In this document: in pieces, positions 38,701 through 51,000 of the stretch
Layout: each line of letters starts with the position of its first letter
How positions within the stretch are numbered: the first letter of the stretch is position 1
From: Malacoraja senta
Taxonomy: Eukaryota
DNA: 64,000 nucleotides
NCBI GenBank assembly: GCA_038087875.1
Contig: CM075998.1
Location: 496,001 to 560,000 of the forward strand
Direction of reading: 5' to 3'
Notes under the pieces: generated by a model
What the model saw: the letters and a program-made list of their open reading frames with translations, nothing else
The model's database searches: none
Told to the model about the DNA's origin: nothing
Translations under genes and position numbers: made by a program

Positions 38701-39021
38701 GTTTACACAACATCAGATGACAAGAAGTTTGACAGGAGAACAGAGCAGCTTTAGCTACATTAAAGCTGGAGTTGCCATTGCACAAAGTGGTGTAAAGTTG
38801 TTATTTACAAAAAAGTCACAAAAACTGAATTTGAAAAGCAGCTTCTCAAACAGGAACAAAGTTTTTACACCAAATAAATTCTTCCGCACTGTTGGTCGAA
38901 CCACACTGGTGATAAAGAATTTACTTTGTGGCAATGTAAACTTCTTTTCTTGTACTTGCTTCCATCAATGCAACTTACACTGAGAAACTAAAGGCCCATG
39001 TAACACAGAGGGCCATTGGAG

Positions 39022-39053
<32 letters not shown>

Positions 39054-42000
39054 AAATTATAAAGCAACCTAAATTTAATTGACTAGCATCCCCCAAGAAA
39101 AACAACTTGCATAAAGCAAATCCTTGTCAAGTTGCAAGCAATGACAACAAAGCTCTGAAGGTGGGAATATGGATCACGGCAGCAGGACAAATTCGAAGTG
39201 CTGAAGTAACTCAGTAGGTCAAGCAGCATCCCTGGACAATGTGGTGAGTCAGGAAACTTCTTCAGACTGATCTAGAGGGGCAAAAGAATGCAAGGAAAGA
39301 AATTCTCTCCAACCCTACTAAAAAAAAAAATCAGTGTGCAGAAGGGTCCTGACCCAAAATATCACCCATCCATGTTCTCCGGCGATGCTACCTGACCTGC
39401 TGAATTACTCCAGCACTTTGTACCTATCCATGTTCTCCAGAGATGCTGCCTGTCCCGCTGAGTTACTCAAGCACTTTCTTTTATTGTAAACCAGCATCTG
39501 CAGTTCCTTCTTTCTACATTCAAATTGCCCTGACGCATGTAGTGAACTCAACATTGCAAATTAGTCTTTAAACACCAAGGAAATGACACTTAAAACAAAT
39601 AATTTGAACGTCTGACTAACATAAGGAACATTCGGAAATTACAAGTCACAAAATAGCTCCAAAGTATATTTTAGTACATCTTGAGAGAAGCACTCGGATT
39701 CAATTTGCAGCGTAAATAAAAACAGAACAAAGCAATTGAGTGAAAAATAAAACATAAAAAGTCATAAGAAGAAAGGAGAGAAAACAAAATCACAGTCAGC
39801 CTCTCTTGCAGTTGAAGTCCATTTTCTCCACATTCAAATACTAGGATTGTTTTTTTGGAGAATGCACCTTGGATGCAGACAAATAAAGAGAACATTTTAA
39901 TATTACTGGATTGCCAGAGTTTACCGATCACTTTCGAAACTACACAAATTTATTTTTAACGTGTTCAGCATCTCATGGAAGCTGACACCTCAGGGTATCA
40001 CAGGAAGACATTAAGAAAAATGTGACAGTTCCATGAGGAAAGGATCTTTTTCATTTCAAAATTACTTGAGGAGGAATTTAAAAGGCCGGAGGGAAAGCAG
40101 GACTGTACACACACACACACACACACACCTAGCTTTGATGGCCAGGTTTTGTTCATTGGCTTAGATAGTGCAATCCCTGGCCCCTCAGGTTTGCATTGTA
40201 AGCTGTTACCATTGTGCTATGGAGTGGGATGAAGCAGATCGATACAGTGCTGTGGACAGACAAAGAGACGGTGCACACATCAATCACAATCAGTCCCTTC
40301 GCACAGCAAGCGGCCAATGACAATGACAACTTCACTGGGCTACAATTTTTGTAGCTGCCAGTCGTGTTCATCCTGCTGTCAACACTCATTACACCAACTA
40401 GCGTGGTTTGACGGAGGGCGCCACAAGAGCTCAGGAGGGGGTAGAAAGAACATATTGTTGCCTTAAGTGGCTCGCACAAGCAGTACTCTTAACACAAAGC
40501 CAAATTGTTTGCGGACTCAAGGCAGCAAAAAACGCAGGTGACAGATGGAGCCCATTGAAGTGTGCTGCATAATAAAAGTTTACATTCACTGCATGCACGA
40601 AATGGAATGATGGCTGAAATATGTGTAGTTTCAAAAGTAATGGCAACGTGGATATTTAATGCAGAGAAGTGTGGTTTCAGTATAAAGCAAGCGGGTCATT
40701 ATCTCACAACATGCTGCAAGGAGTCTAAATAGGGACAAAATTTCAAACACCTTATGATAATTAAACCTTTAAACTTGGTTGGAAAAAAGACAGTAGGTGT
40801 TAAACAATTAGCCAGTCTGGCAAAGACAGGCGATTTCCAACCTACAAGCCAGATTTGTCCATCCCCTCCTTTCTGCCATACATCAAATCAACATTACTCA
40901 TCACACTCAACTAGCAATACCACAACCAGCACTTTGCAAAATGCACAACATTAGGTGTAATATATATTTTCTGAGGTATTATTTATATATTTTGGTCACT
41001 GGAAACCTTCAAACAAATATTGTAACTGTAAGGTGCATCAGCAACAGTTGGAAACGCTAATTAGATTCCAATAGAACAACAGACTCGGGTTCGCAACGAG
41101 TAATTGGACGGAACAGTCAACACGTCTCCAATTATTAAATGGAACAGAGGGGATTGACAAATTCAGTTACTGTTTTGCGTTGCAACAACATTATAACACA
41201 AAGGTTCACTACTCATTTATTCTCTCATTAGGTTTGTACAGCTTGAACAATACATTATATAATGAATGGTTTCAGTAACACAAATAACATCAATATCCGG
41301 GAATGATTTCATAAGTGTATCCCATGACCCAGGAACACTTATCTGTAGCGAACACATTCAAAATTCCCTCAAAGCTCATCAAGACAAACACATGTAATCA
41401 AAAGTCTCATGTAATCAAAAGTCTATTAGCCAGAACCTCCACTACAATTCTTCATAATCAATGTGCACAAATGCCATTAAAATAATAAATGGAATTTAAA
41501 TCCTGTTAAGGTGCGCCATTTCTTTGTAAGTAATGTTTTTAAGTTGCCTTCTCAGTGACTGCTGAAGGGGGCCTATCCCCTCCTCTTAGTTTGAAAGCTG
41601 TTCATAAGAAAGCAATATGAAAAGGAGGAAAAGCGAACAAAATTTGGAAATTAAGCCTATCTGTTTAAAACAATTGCAACTCAACCATTTCCCAGCCCTC
41701 GTATGAAAATAAGTTCCAACTAAAAAAACCCAATTTGCATCTTAAATTGAGAGGTGGCACCTACCTTTTTTGAGAGTGACGAAACATTCATACCAAATCT
41801 TTCAGCCCTCTCTCTCAATTTTTCTGCACTGATCTGAAAATTAAGAGTCATCTCTCAGAATATTTAAGTTTGATGTATTGCAGTCTAGCTAAATTGTACT
41901 TCTCCCTCCCAATATGGTCAGAATAACGCCTGCTTTCACCACCTATAATACACTAACATGCACCTTTAAAAGGAGGGTTAATAAAGTGTATGGCCACATA

Positions 42001-45000
42001 TCGTGGGACAATAAAAAAAAATGATATTCATAAGCCAGACATTGAAGCATGGAGATGAAAAACAATGGTTATGCTGTGCCTTGAATGTGGATGATCTTAC
42101 AATGGATTGCACAGGAACGCACACAAAATTTGAGATCAAGAGATATTGGTTGGAAAAGATTAAATACAGGAGATGAAACAAGGATGAAAAACCTGAGAGG
42201 CCTATAAGATCAATTTGAAATAGATATTGGAATTCATATGACTGTAAATAATGTGCTTTTACAAATACATATAAATTCATATACTCATAAAGGTCAATTC
42301 AGGTTAGAGCATTGTTGCATATGATGGACTCCACCTTTAGACCACAGGTTGCAAGCTATTCCAAATGGAAGCCATTTTAAACACTGGACAATGTTCTTTC
42401 CAACTTTAGTTCCAGCAAATCAAAAGACTTTAAAACCAAAAACAATTTATTTGTTACCATATTTGATTCCTGCTTGAGCACAAAGTTTGGAGGGAATAGA
42501 TTAACAATTACTCAAAAATGCTGATGCAGAACAGATGAGATACAGGACTGATGGGAAGTATATTCATAAACTTACCACAGTTTTAGTATTTCCAGCAGTA
42601 CCTGAAAAAGAAAAATTACCCAATTTTACACATCAGCTTGGGCAACATTTTAAGGCATGAGAACAGTAAAGACATGCTCAAACATTGACTAGATTACTGT
42701 ATGGTCATGTCTTTAATGGCCTTGTGTAGCATTGACACTAAGTACTGCATTGCATAGATTAAGTATGCTGGAATAATATGGGATATTATAATTTAAATTG
42801 CAACAGCAAGAAAAACAATTTAATGCACATCCAACAGAAAGATTTTTTTTAAATCTTGATACAAATAATCTCTTTTGTTGGATATATTGAGAAGGGAAAA
42901 ATGTGCATTATACATATTAGTTATTTCTCCTCCACAAGTCACTGACATTGTTATTTTAAATACACTGACACCAAGTTTACTAAGTTTGGGGGAGGTTGGA
43001 TGCTCTTGGTTTTCTTTCTCAGGTGAATTCTAAGTTTAATAGCATCTACAATTTGGGGAACACTGTGATTTTGTTCTTACCTTTTGTTGCAATAGGTAGC
43101 CCAAATCTGTTGTAGAAATAAAGAAAATGGTTAGATTCTCAGAATAGAAAAAGGTACTGTAGGTTAGAATCAGCTTGCTCCAAAAGGCCATTTTGGGGAA
43201 AAACACAGCAGATTGCTGCATCAATGCTGCCATCTGCTGGACAGTATTTTAATTCAAATAGTTGGATTGGTTTGGACAAATCAGAATCAAAACAGCACAG
43301 GAGGCAGCAATTCATGAAGAGCAAGGTCATTTATCTTATTCCCCAGTTCCTTCCCCAAAGCTCTGAAAAGAATTCTGCCTTTTCCTATCCAATTCCATTT
43401 TTATAGCCCAGATTGACTATTCTATGTCGATGACAGCAGGGAACAGCTTCGCCGTCGTTACACGATTGAACAGATCTCTCGTACTAGGGAAACTCCTGAT
43501 CTTCAAATCGATTGCGATGTGGCCCTTGCGCTTTTTTCCCATTTATCTGTATTTTCTCTGTGGCTGTCACACCAGATTCTGCACGTTGTTAATTAATTGG
43601 ATGGTATACAAGAGTTTTTCACTGCATCTTGCTACACAAACCAGGACCAATTCCAGCACCCGAACATGTGGCGAGTTCCACAGCATAACCATTCTGCATT
43701 AAAATGTTTCCACCCCACTCATTGACCCTTTTGCCCAAAGTTTAAAATCATGTGTCCTGGTCCTTGGAGCAACTACTAGTGAGTACACTCTCCCTCTACT
43801 TACACTATCTAAACAGTTTTGTACACTGATTAAATCCCTTGACCGTCACAGCTTCTCCAATCTAACCTGGTAGCTGAAATACCTCTATCCTGGTATACAT
43901 TCTCATTTTCTTAAGCTTCAGCTCCCAAATGCTGTCCAAGTGATATTCTCTGTGCTAACTATATTAATTCTTAGCCTCTTCTAATAAATTATTTAAAATG
44001 GCATATTGCCTAAATATCATATTCATTTACACTTCTATTTATGTTGCTGACGGTAATTATCTATGCAAAACTGGAGAATGAAGAACTGGAGTTAAGAACG
44101 ATAGCAGATACAAGTAAATGTGATAATAGATATTCAAGTAAGCAGGTATGTTTACCATTGCTGCTCACCAATGAACGAGACAATATCTATATAATTGCTC
44201 ACATCACCCTTGCATGGTGCTCTCTGTATTGGTTACATATGCACAACATATGACAACAGTTCAACTGCCAATACGATTGATGTTTTTTTTTTTTAATCCC
44301 CTAAGACAAGATCAACACTTGAGTCTTAAGGTTGGAATGTATTTGCAAATCTTAATTTTATGCAATAGTTATTACCGTGCAGCGCGAGCAGCTTTCTTAC
44401 TCTCAGCTGTCCCTGGCACATTGAAGCGCTCTGCTCTTTTCTTTAGCCTCTGTATGTAGAGAAGAAAAAGATTAAATAACATCAAGTTCTTTGAGAGCAA
44501 AATAAAGAAATTATGGGGGTAAAATAATCCTAAATACAATACAGTAACTCCAAGTGTATGGAGTACAAATGTAATTTTAAACAGAATAAGTAGTCAAGAT
44601 TAGGCCAAAACAATTGCCATTGTTGCTGTCATTTTCCCTCCAGGTTGAGATCACCCAAGGGTCACAATCGAGTTACACAATGGCACTTAAAAACCAGACA
44701 CAAGCTTCAATCCAAGACTTTCCAACTACTTACAGAACAGAGAGTACCCAATATCAAACTCCAATATCACCCATTATTATATTTAAATAAGCTTGAGGGA
44801 AGGCCTCTGATGATGGTATTCAGATATTCACCTGGAACAGTCGCCACTTATCAGACAGTAATTTATATTGACCAAACCTCATTCAACACTGATGGTTATA
44901 GCATCTTAAATGCTCCATTTTACTTTGGGTAGAAACAATTGTACTCACCTACCTGCAACATAGTGCACAGGAAATTGACAAACTTACGAATTCTTTGCAT

Positions 45001-48000
45001 TTGGTTTCAAATAACGGCAAATGATGCAACTAAAACCTCAAATGTTCAAAATCAGCCAGTGCCACAGGGAGAATGATGTTTAGCGCCATTATAATTTAGT
45101 GCCAATGACCAGGAATTAGCATATTTACCTGCTGCGTCCATTCAGCGTTTAGTACAGTTATGATAGTGGTCACTTGCTCATAAGACTTTAGCATTGGTAT
45201 AATCTGCCACAATACAACCAACAAATTTAGCGCATTGTCCAATTTACTGCCACTGTTTAGTGTGATTATAGACCGGTGCCACCATTGCCCAATGTAGCGC
45301 CATTTCATTCTGAGCCGCCACTAGCCAGTTTAGCATCATTTTGCTCTGAGCCGCCACTGCCCAATTTAGCGCTATTTCATTTGGAGCTGCTAGTGCCCAG
45401 TTTGGCACCATTATAAACCTCCGCCAATGTCCAGTTTAGCACCATTTCAGACCACCACCAATGTCCAGTTTAGTGCCGTTATAAAGCACCGCCAATGCCC
45501 AGTTTAGCGCCAATTTGTTCCGAGCCGCTACTACCCAGTTTTGTGCCATTATAAATTGCTGCTTGCTGCTCAGTTTAGTGCCATTTTTGTCAGAGCCGCC
45601 AGTGTCTAGTTTAGCATTTCATTCTGCCGCTGCCATGTTTAGCATTGTTTCGTTCTGCCGCCACCACTGCCCAGTTTAGCGTCATTATAAGCCGCCGATG
45701 TACAGAGATTAATGCTGCTATAATGTGCTGCAGTTGTCTAATGTTCAGCTGTAGTAGTCTCTTGCCTGTGCCGAGGTTAATTGCAACAAGTGCACAGACT
45801 TTAATGCTACTATGGTTCAAAATTTAATGATTCTATAATCTGCCACCATTGACTAGAATTTAATGCTGCCATTATGCAGAACTTAGCACTTATAATCTTC
45901 TGCCAGTGTCTAGATTTGGCACGCTTACCTGCAGCCCTTGTCCACACTTTCACTCTTAACTATCTGGTTACACTGTCCAGATATTAACACTGTTGTATCT
46001 GCTACCACAGCCACTCGCCTGCGTTTAGTGCTCCTTTTAGATGCTGCAGGAGTCCACTGAAGTCAGCACTTTTCTGCCTTTGTCCAGAGCTCAACGATGT
46101 TATTAAACTGTTGGCAACCAGAGTTATGCCCCCCAATACACTCTTAGTATGTACTCTTCAGTGTTTTTTTGTATTCAAAATTCAGAAATATCAGTGAACA
46201 AAAGGAATGCGGGTGGATGGGTCCTGCACATATCACAAAGTGCACTGGTAAGGCCATGGGCATGCTGCAGCTGTGCGAAAGTTATGCTGAAAACCGTTTG
46301 TTGCGACTCATCAGCAATGTACCTCAACCGATTGCATCACAAACACAACCCACATACGGTTTATACAAGTCATCATGTAATAGGCAAATCACACTCACAT
46401 GAACACACCAGCTGCAAGTGGTGGAGACTGTGCTAGTAACCCCAGTTATTAGAGGTACAAAAGAGTGCAAAGTATGTTCAAATAATAATGGGATACTAGG
46501 ATTAGTTATGTTGTTAGATTAAACATTTAATTGTGGTTACCAAATATCTACAAGACATGCAGTCGTAAAAATGATTATTAGTGCAAGTAAAACACAAAGT
46601 CAGGGAAATTTGCAAAAGTACCTTGATACCCACCTCGCTCTCTGTCATTGGTCCCACTATTTTAACCAACTTCTTTGCTGCAGATCTGAAAAATAAACAC
46701 TTTTAGAATAGGAAAATCAAAAACATCTGATATTCATTTTAAATAGCAACAACCCTCCTCCCCCTTCCCCACCCCAGAAGAGACCATTTTTAAATTAAGA
46801 AAAAGGGGTAGATTATAATTTGCAAAAAATCTTGCACCAGATCCAAAAATGTCACTCGTTCATCAAGGCAAGAGTTCTAGGAATGGGACAATAATTCACA
46901 TTCAAATGACCCAGTTTGAAATCCACGCTGGATCACCATTCCACCAGCTACACAGTAGGTCATAAGAGTATGAGGTGGACAACCAGAAATTGAGACATCA
47001 CTAGTGATCTTTAGGGTCATACAGCATGGAAACAGGCCCTTTCGCCAAACATGTCCATGCCGACCAAGTTGTCCCATCTACACTAGTCTCAAATGCATGC
47101 GTTTGGTCCATATCCCTCCTTTCTTACCCAAGTACCTGTCCAAATGTCTTTTAAAAGTTGTCTCTAGCACCTGCCTCAACCATCTCCTCTGGTAGCTCAT
47201 TCCATATACCCACCACCATCTGTGACAATAAAATTGTCCCTCAAACACCTATTCTTTTCCCTCTCACCTTTAACCCATATCATCTGGCTCTTGATTAGCC
47301 CTACTTTGGGGAAAAGACTGTGCATCTAATGTACAGGTTAATCAACCTATAAAGAGCAATGTTGAGGACAATATATGTAGCACACTTCTCATTAATCTTA
47401 AAGTAGCATCTTAGAGCAGAATTAAGATTGATTGTAGGCTGAAAGACAAAACCATTTTGATAAGCCTAATTTCGCAGTAAAACTTGAAACATCAACTATT
47501 CAACACGCAACCAAAGTCAATAAGATTATTTCCACCTTGCATTGAAAATATTTAAGTTATGAACAATATCTTCCCATTACATTCAGTGCGAGCACAAGTG
47601 CACGTTTGATTTCCAACAAGACTAGCTAGCTGCTTTTGCAAAGAGTACGCAATAGCCAGAACTGCAAATCAACACTGGACAGGTCAAATCAGAAAATATA
47701 ATTTTTCCTAGGAAATTGTATCAAAAATGTGAGCAGAATGTGTAGTTTATCAGCACAATTCCAACTCTCTGTATATAGATGGCAAGTTACACAGCAAAAT
47801 AATGCAAAACTGAAATTAGTAATATTTACTCTTCTGGTTCCTTGGCAGCAACAGTTTGACCTTCAACTTCTGGCTCAGCTTTCTGCTGCTGTTCCTCTTC
47901 CTGTGTGTGAAGTGAAGAACATCAATGTTTTCAAGAAATAAGTATTTATACTCTACAATTAAAACAACAAACACTTTAGTCTTTGCTGAAACATAGGAGT

Positions 48001-51000
48001 TCAGGGTAAAAATGTCAATGCATATGGTTTTCCAGAGGCTAACATGAGAGATACAGAGACATCATGCTCCATCACATCTCCAGAATTCCAATATTTTGAC
48101 TGTTCTCCATGAATAGTGGCAGTAGAGAGTTCAACTCAAAGTAGTGTTTTTATTCCACATAATCACCTTTGATAGACAAATATCTCTAAATATTAACTAT
48201 AAAACTCATTCAGCTCATTAAAACATTTCAAATTTAAACTGTTCTTCCAAATATCCCCGTATTCTGCAGTGTCCGCATGAAAATTTGCTGCACTCCTTCA
48301 ATTGCCACAACATCCTTCCCAGCATATGATGTACTAAAACTGCTCAGCACTCACACATATATCCCATATTCCATAACTTTGCTAAATAACCAAATAACTG
48401 GAGCTTGCTTTTATTTTCTTAAAGGCATTTTTTCCTGTTATACAAGACTGAGATTTTGATCAGCTATGAAAATGCCCTGTTTTAAAGCATAAATTCTTCT
48501 AACTAATCTGACTGAGTATAGAAGTTGGGATGTTATGTTAAAGTTGTAAAAGACGTTAGGCCACATTTGGAATAAGTGTTCAGTTTTGGTCACCCTGCTA
48601 TATGAAGGACGTTGTTAAGCAGGAAATAGTGGCTAGTAGGTTTACAAGGATGTTGCCAGAACTTGAGGGCCTGAACTATAGGGAGAGGTTGAACAGGCTA
48701 GGACTGTATTACTTAAGAGGGCAGGAGGATGAGAGGTGATCTTATAGAGGTGTTACAAGTTATAGGAGCAGAATTTGGCCATTCAGCCCATCAAGCCTAC
48801 TCCACCATTCAACCATGGCTGACCTATCTCTCCCTCCTAACCCCATGCTCCTGCCTTCTCCCTATAACCCCTGACACCCATACTATCTACCTCTCTCGCT
48901 CTGCCTTAAAAAGGTGTACAAGATCATGAGAGGAATAGATAGGGTGAATGCACAGTCTTTTACCAAGAGTAGGGGAATCAAGTACCAGGCGACATAAGTT
49001 TACAGTGAGAGGGGAAAGATTTAATAGGAAACTGAGGGGCAACTTTTTCCACACAAAGAGTGAAGTAGTTGAGGCACATAGTATAACACGATTTAAAAGA
49101 CATTTGGACAGATACATGAATAGGAATGGTTTAGAGGGATATGGGCCAAATACGGATAGGTGGGACTAGTGTAGATGGTGCATGTTGGTCAGCTGGGGCA
49201 AGCTGTCCAAAGGGTCTGTTTCTACAATGTGTGACTCTAATCAAGAATACAGTGCAAAGCGATATGTCAAACTAACCTATTCGTTGGTAATTTCAAGGCA
49301 ACACACATTCTCAACATTCAGCCAAGGATTTAGATATTGCTATGTAGTTTTCCCCAGAAATCTAATATTCAAAAAGGTTCATCAAACTTATTGACTAACG
49401 TATACAAACCCATAAATCTCAGCCTATCACCCAACACGATTTTGCCTCCAATGCCAAATCTCATAACGCAAAAATGTAAACAGTCACAGCCTCAAACATA
49501 CTTAACGATTGAACATTCAAATCTCATGGGTGAAGAACTTAAAGATTCCCAACTCTGGGTGAAGAAATTACTCCGCAGCCGAGTTCAATCCCTTAGCCCG
49601 AGATTGCTCTCATTGCACCCCAGCTCAAGGCTTTCTTGGCATCTCCCTTAAGGCCCAAGAATATTGTTTCAATGATATTCTATTTAAGAAACATAAAACA
49701 GACCCAAGTCATGACTGCAGACATGTTGACTTGCTCATCTCCACAATCCCAGTACCATCAGTAAAAAGAGTCATGGCAGAACCCCAGACGTGAATTGCCA
49801 TATGTAGAACTAGACAAAGATAGCTTTAACTACGTGTTTTAACGTTGATGCCACAACATTCCGGTGAGCAACGATACACTGAGATGATATCTACCTCTGT
49901 ATCTTCAGCTAGAACATCTTCTTCATTCACTTCTTCCTCAGCTGCAACAGAAAGTAGCATATTTAAACAGGACCATTACTAGTTTGATCTCACAGAAGAA
50001 CTAGATTTAACAGTTAATTACCTACATATTCAGTCACTCTATTGAAGGTCAAGCTCTAAAAAGTATTAGAATATTGAAGTTCAAAAGGAAGCTCAGCATA
50101 AAATAAAGAACTTTCCCTAGAATTAGGGTTAAAGAGCACATATACTTCACAACAAAATATCTTCAGCCCCCTCCCCTTATATGCTGCATTTGCTGTGTGA
50201 TGACATTAAGCTCGTGCACTGTAACCAATACAACATATATTGCACATCACTGTTAAAGTATACGACAGAAATATTTTCTAGATGGATTCAAGATTTGTAA
50301 TTGTTAACCAGCTCTGCTTGCTTACCTACTTTTCGTGATAATAATCTATTGTATTGGTGTTTTATTGAACTATTCAGCCAAAAAGGGGCATCGCACCCTG
50401 GCGCATGCAAAATTAATGCTAATTTTCTACTCTAACCCAGAAGCACAAAACAGACAAGTGCATTCATAATGTAACTTTTCCCTGCTCTCCATGTGCAGCC
50501 TGTCTGAAGTGGTGAGCTTTTCCGTTATTTTTAAGTTTTGTTCGAATACCCAACTATTTATATGGCCGACATCAGCTGACTCAGTACAGAAGCCACAAAC
50601 AATATAAATATCAACTAATTTAATTATTGTTTTAAACCACATTGCAATTAAATGCATTTTAAAGGATAGTGACCATCATTTTAACATTCTTTTCATTTCA
50701 ACATATAAAACTCACATATATTGTCTAGGCCATAATGAAAAAATGCAGTAGAAATCCACATGGAGAAGACTATGGTTTCAACTAGGTCTTTTGAACAGAT
50801 TGAAGAGAAAATACGCACTCTTCCATCGCACAACTAAAATAGCGACTTTGAACAGGGATGAGCTGCAAGAACTGCAATTGCATCCAAAGTCCGTGACAAC
50901 ATACAATGCATGACGCAAATAAAAATGAGGTGACCATTTGGCTCACTTTAACAAATACATGCAAAACATCCCATCCTGTCAAAGCATCTGATTAAGACAA

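Noticed and set aside
41390-41423. 17-bp direct duplication CATGTAATCAAAAGTCT x2
   Set aside because: Simple local slippage duplication with no sign of function.
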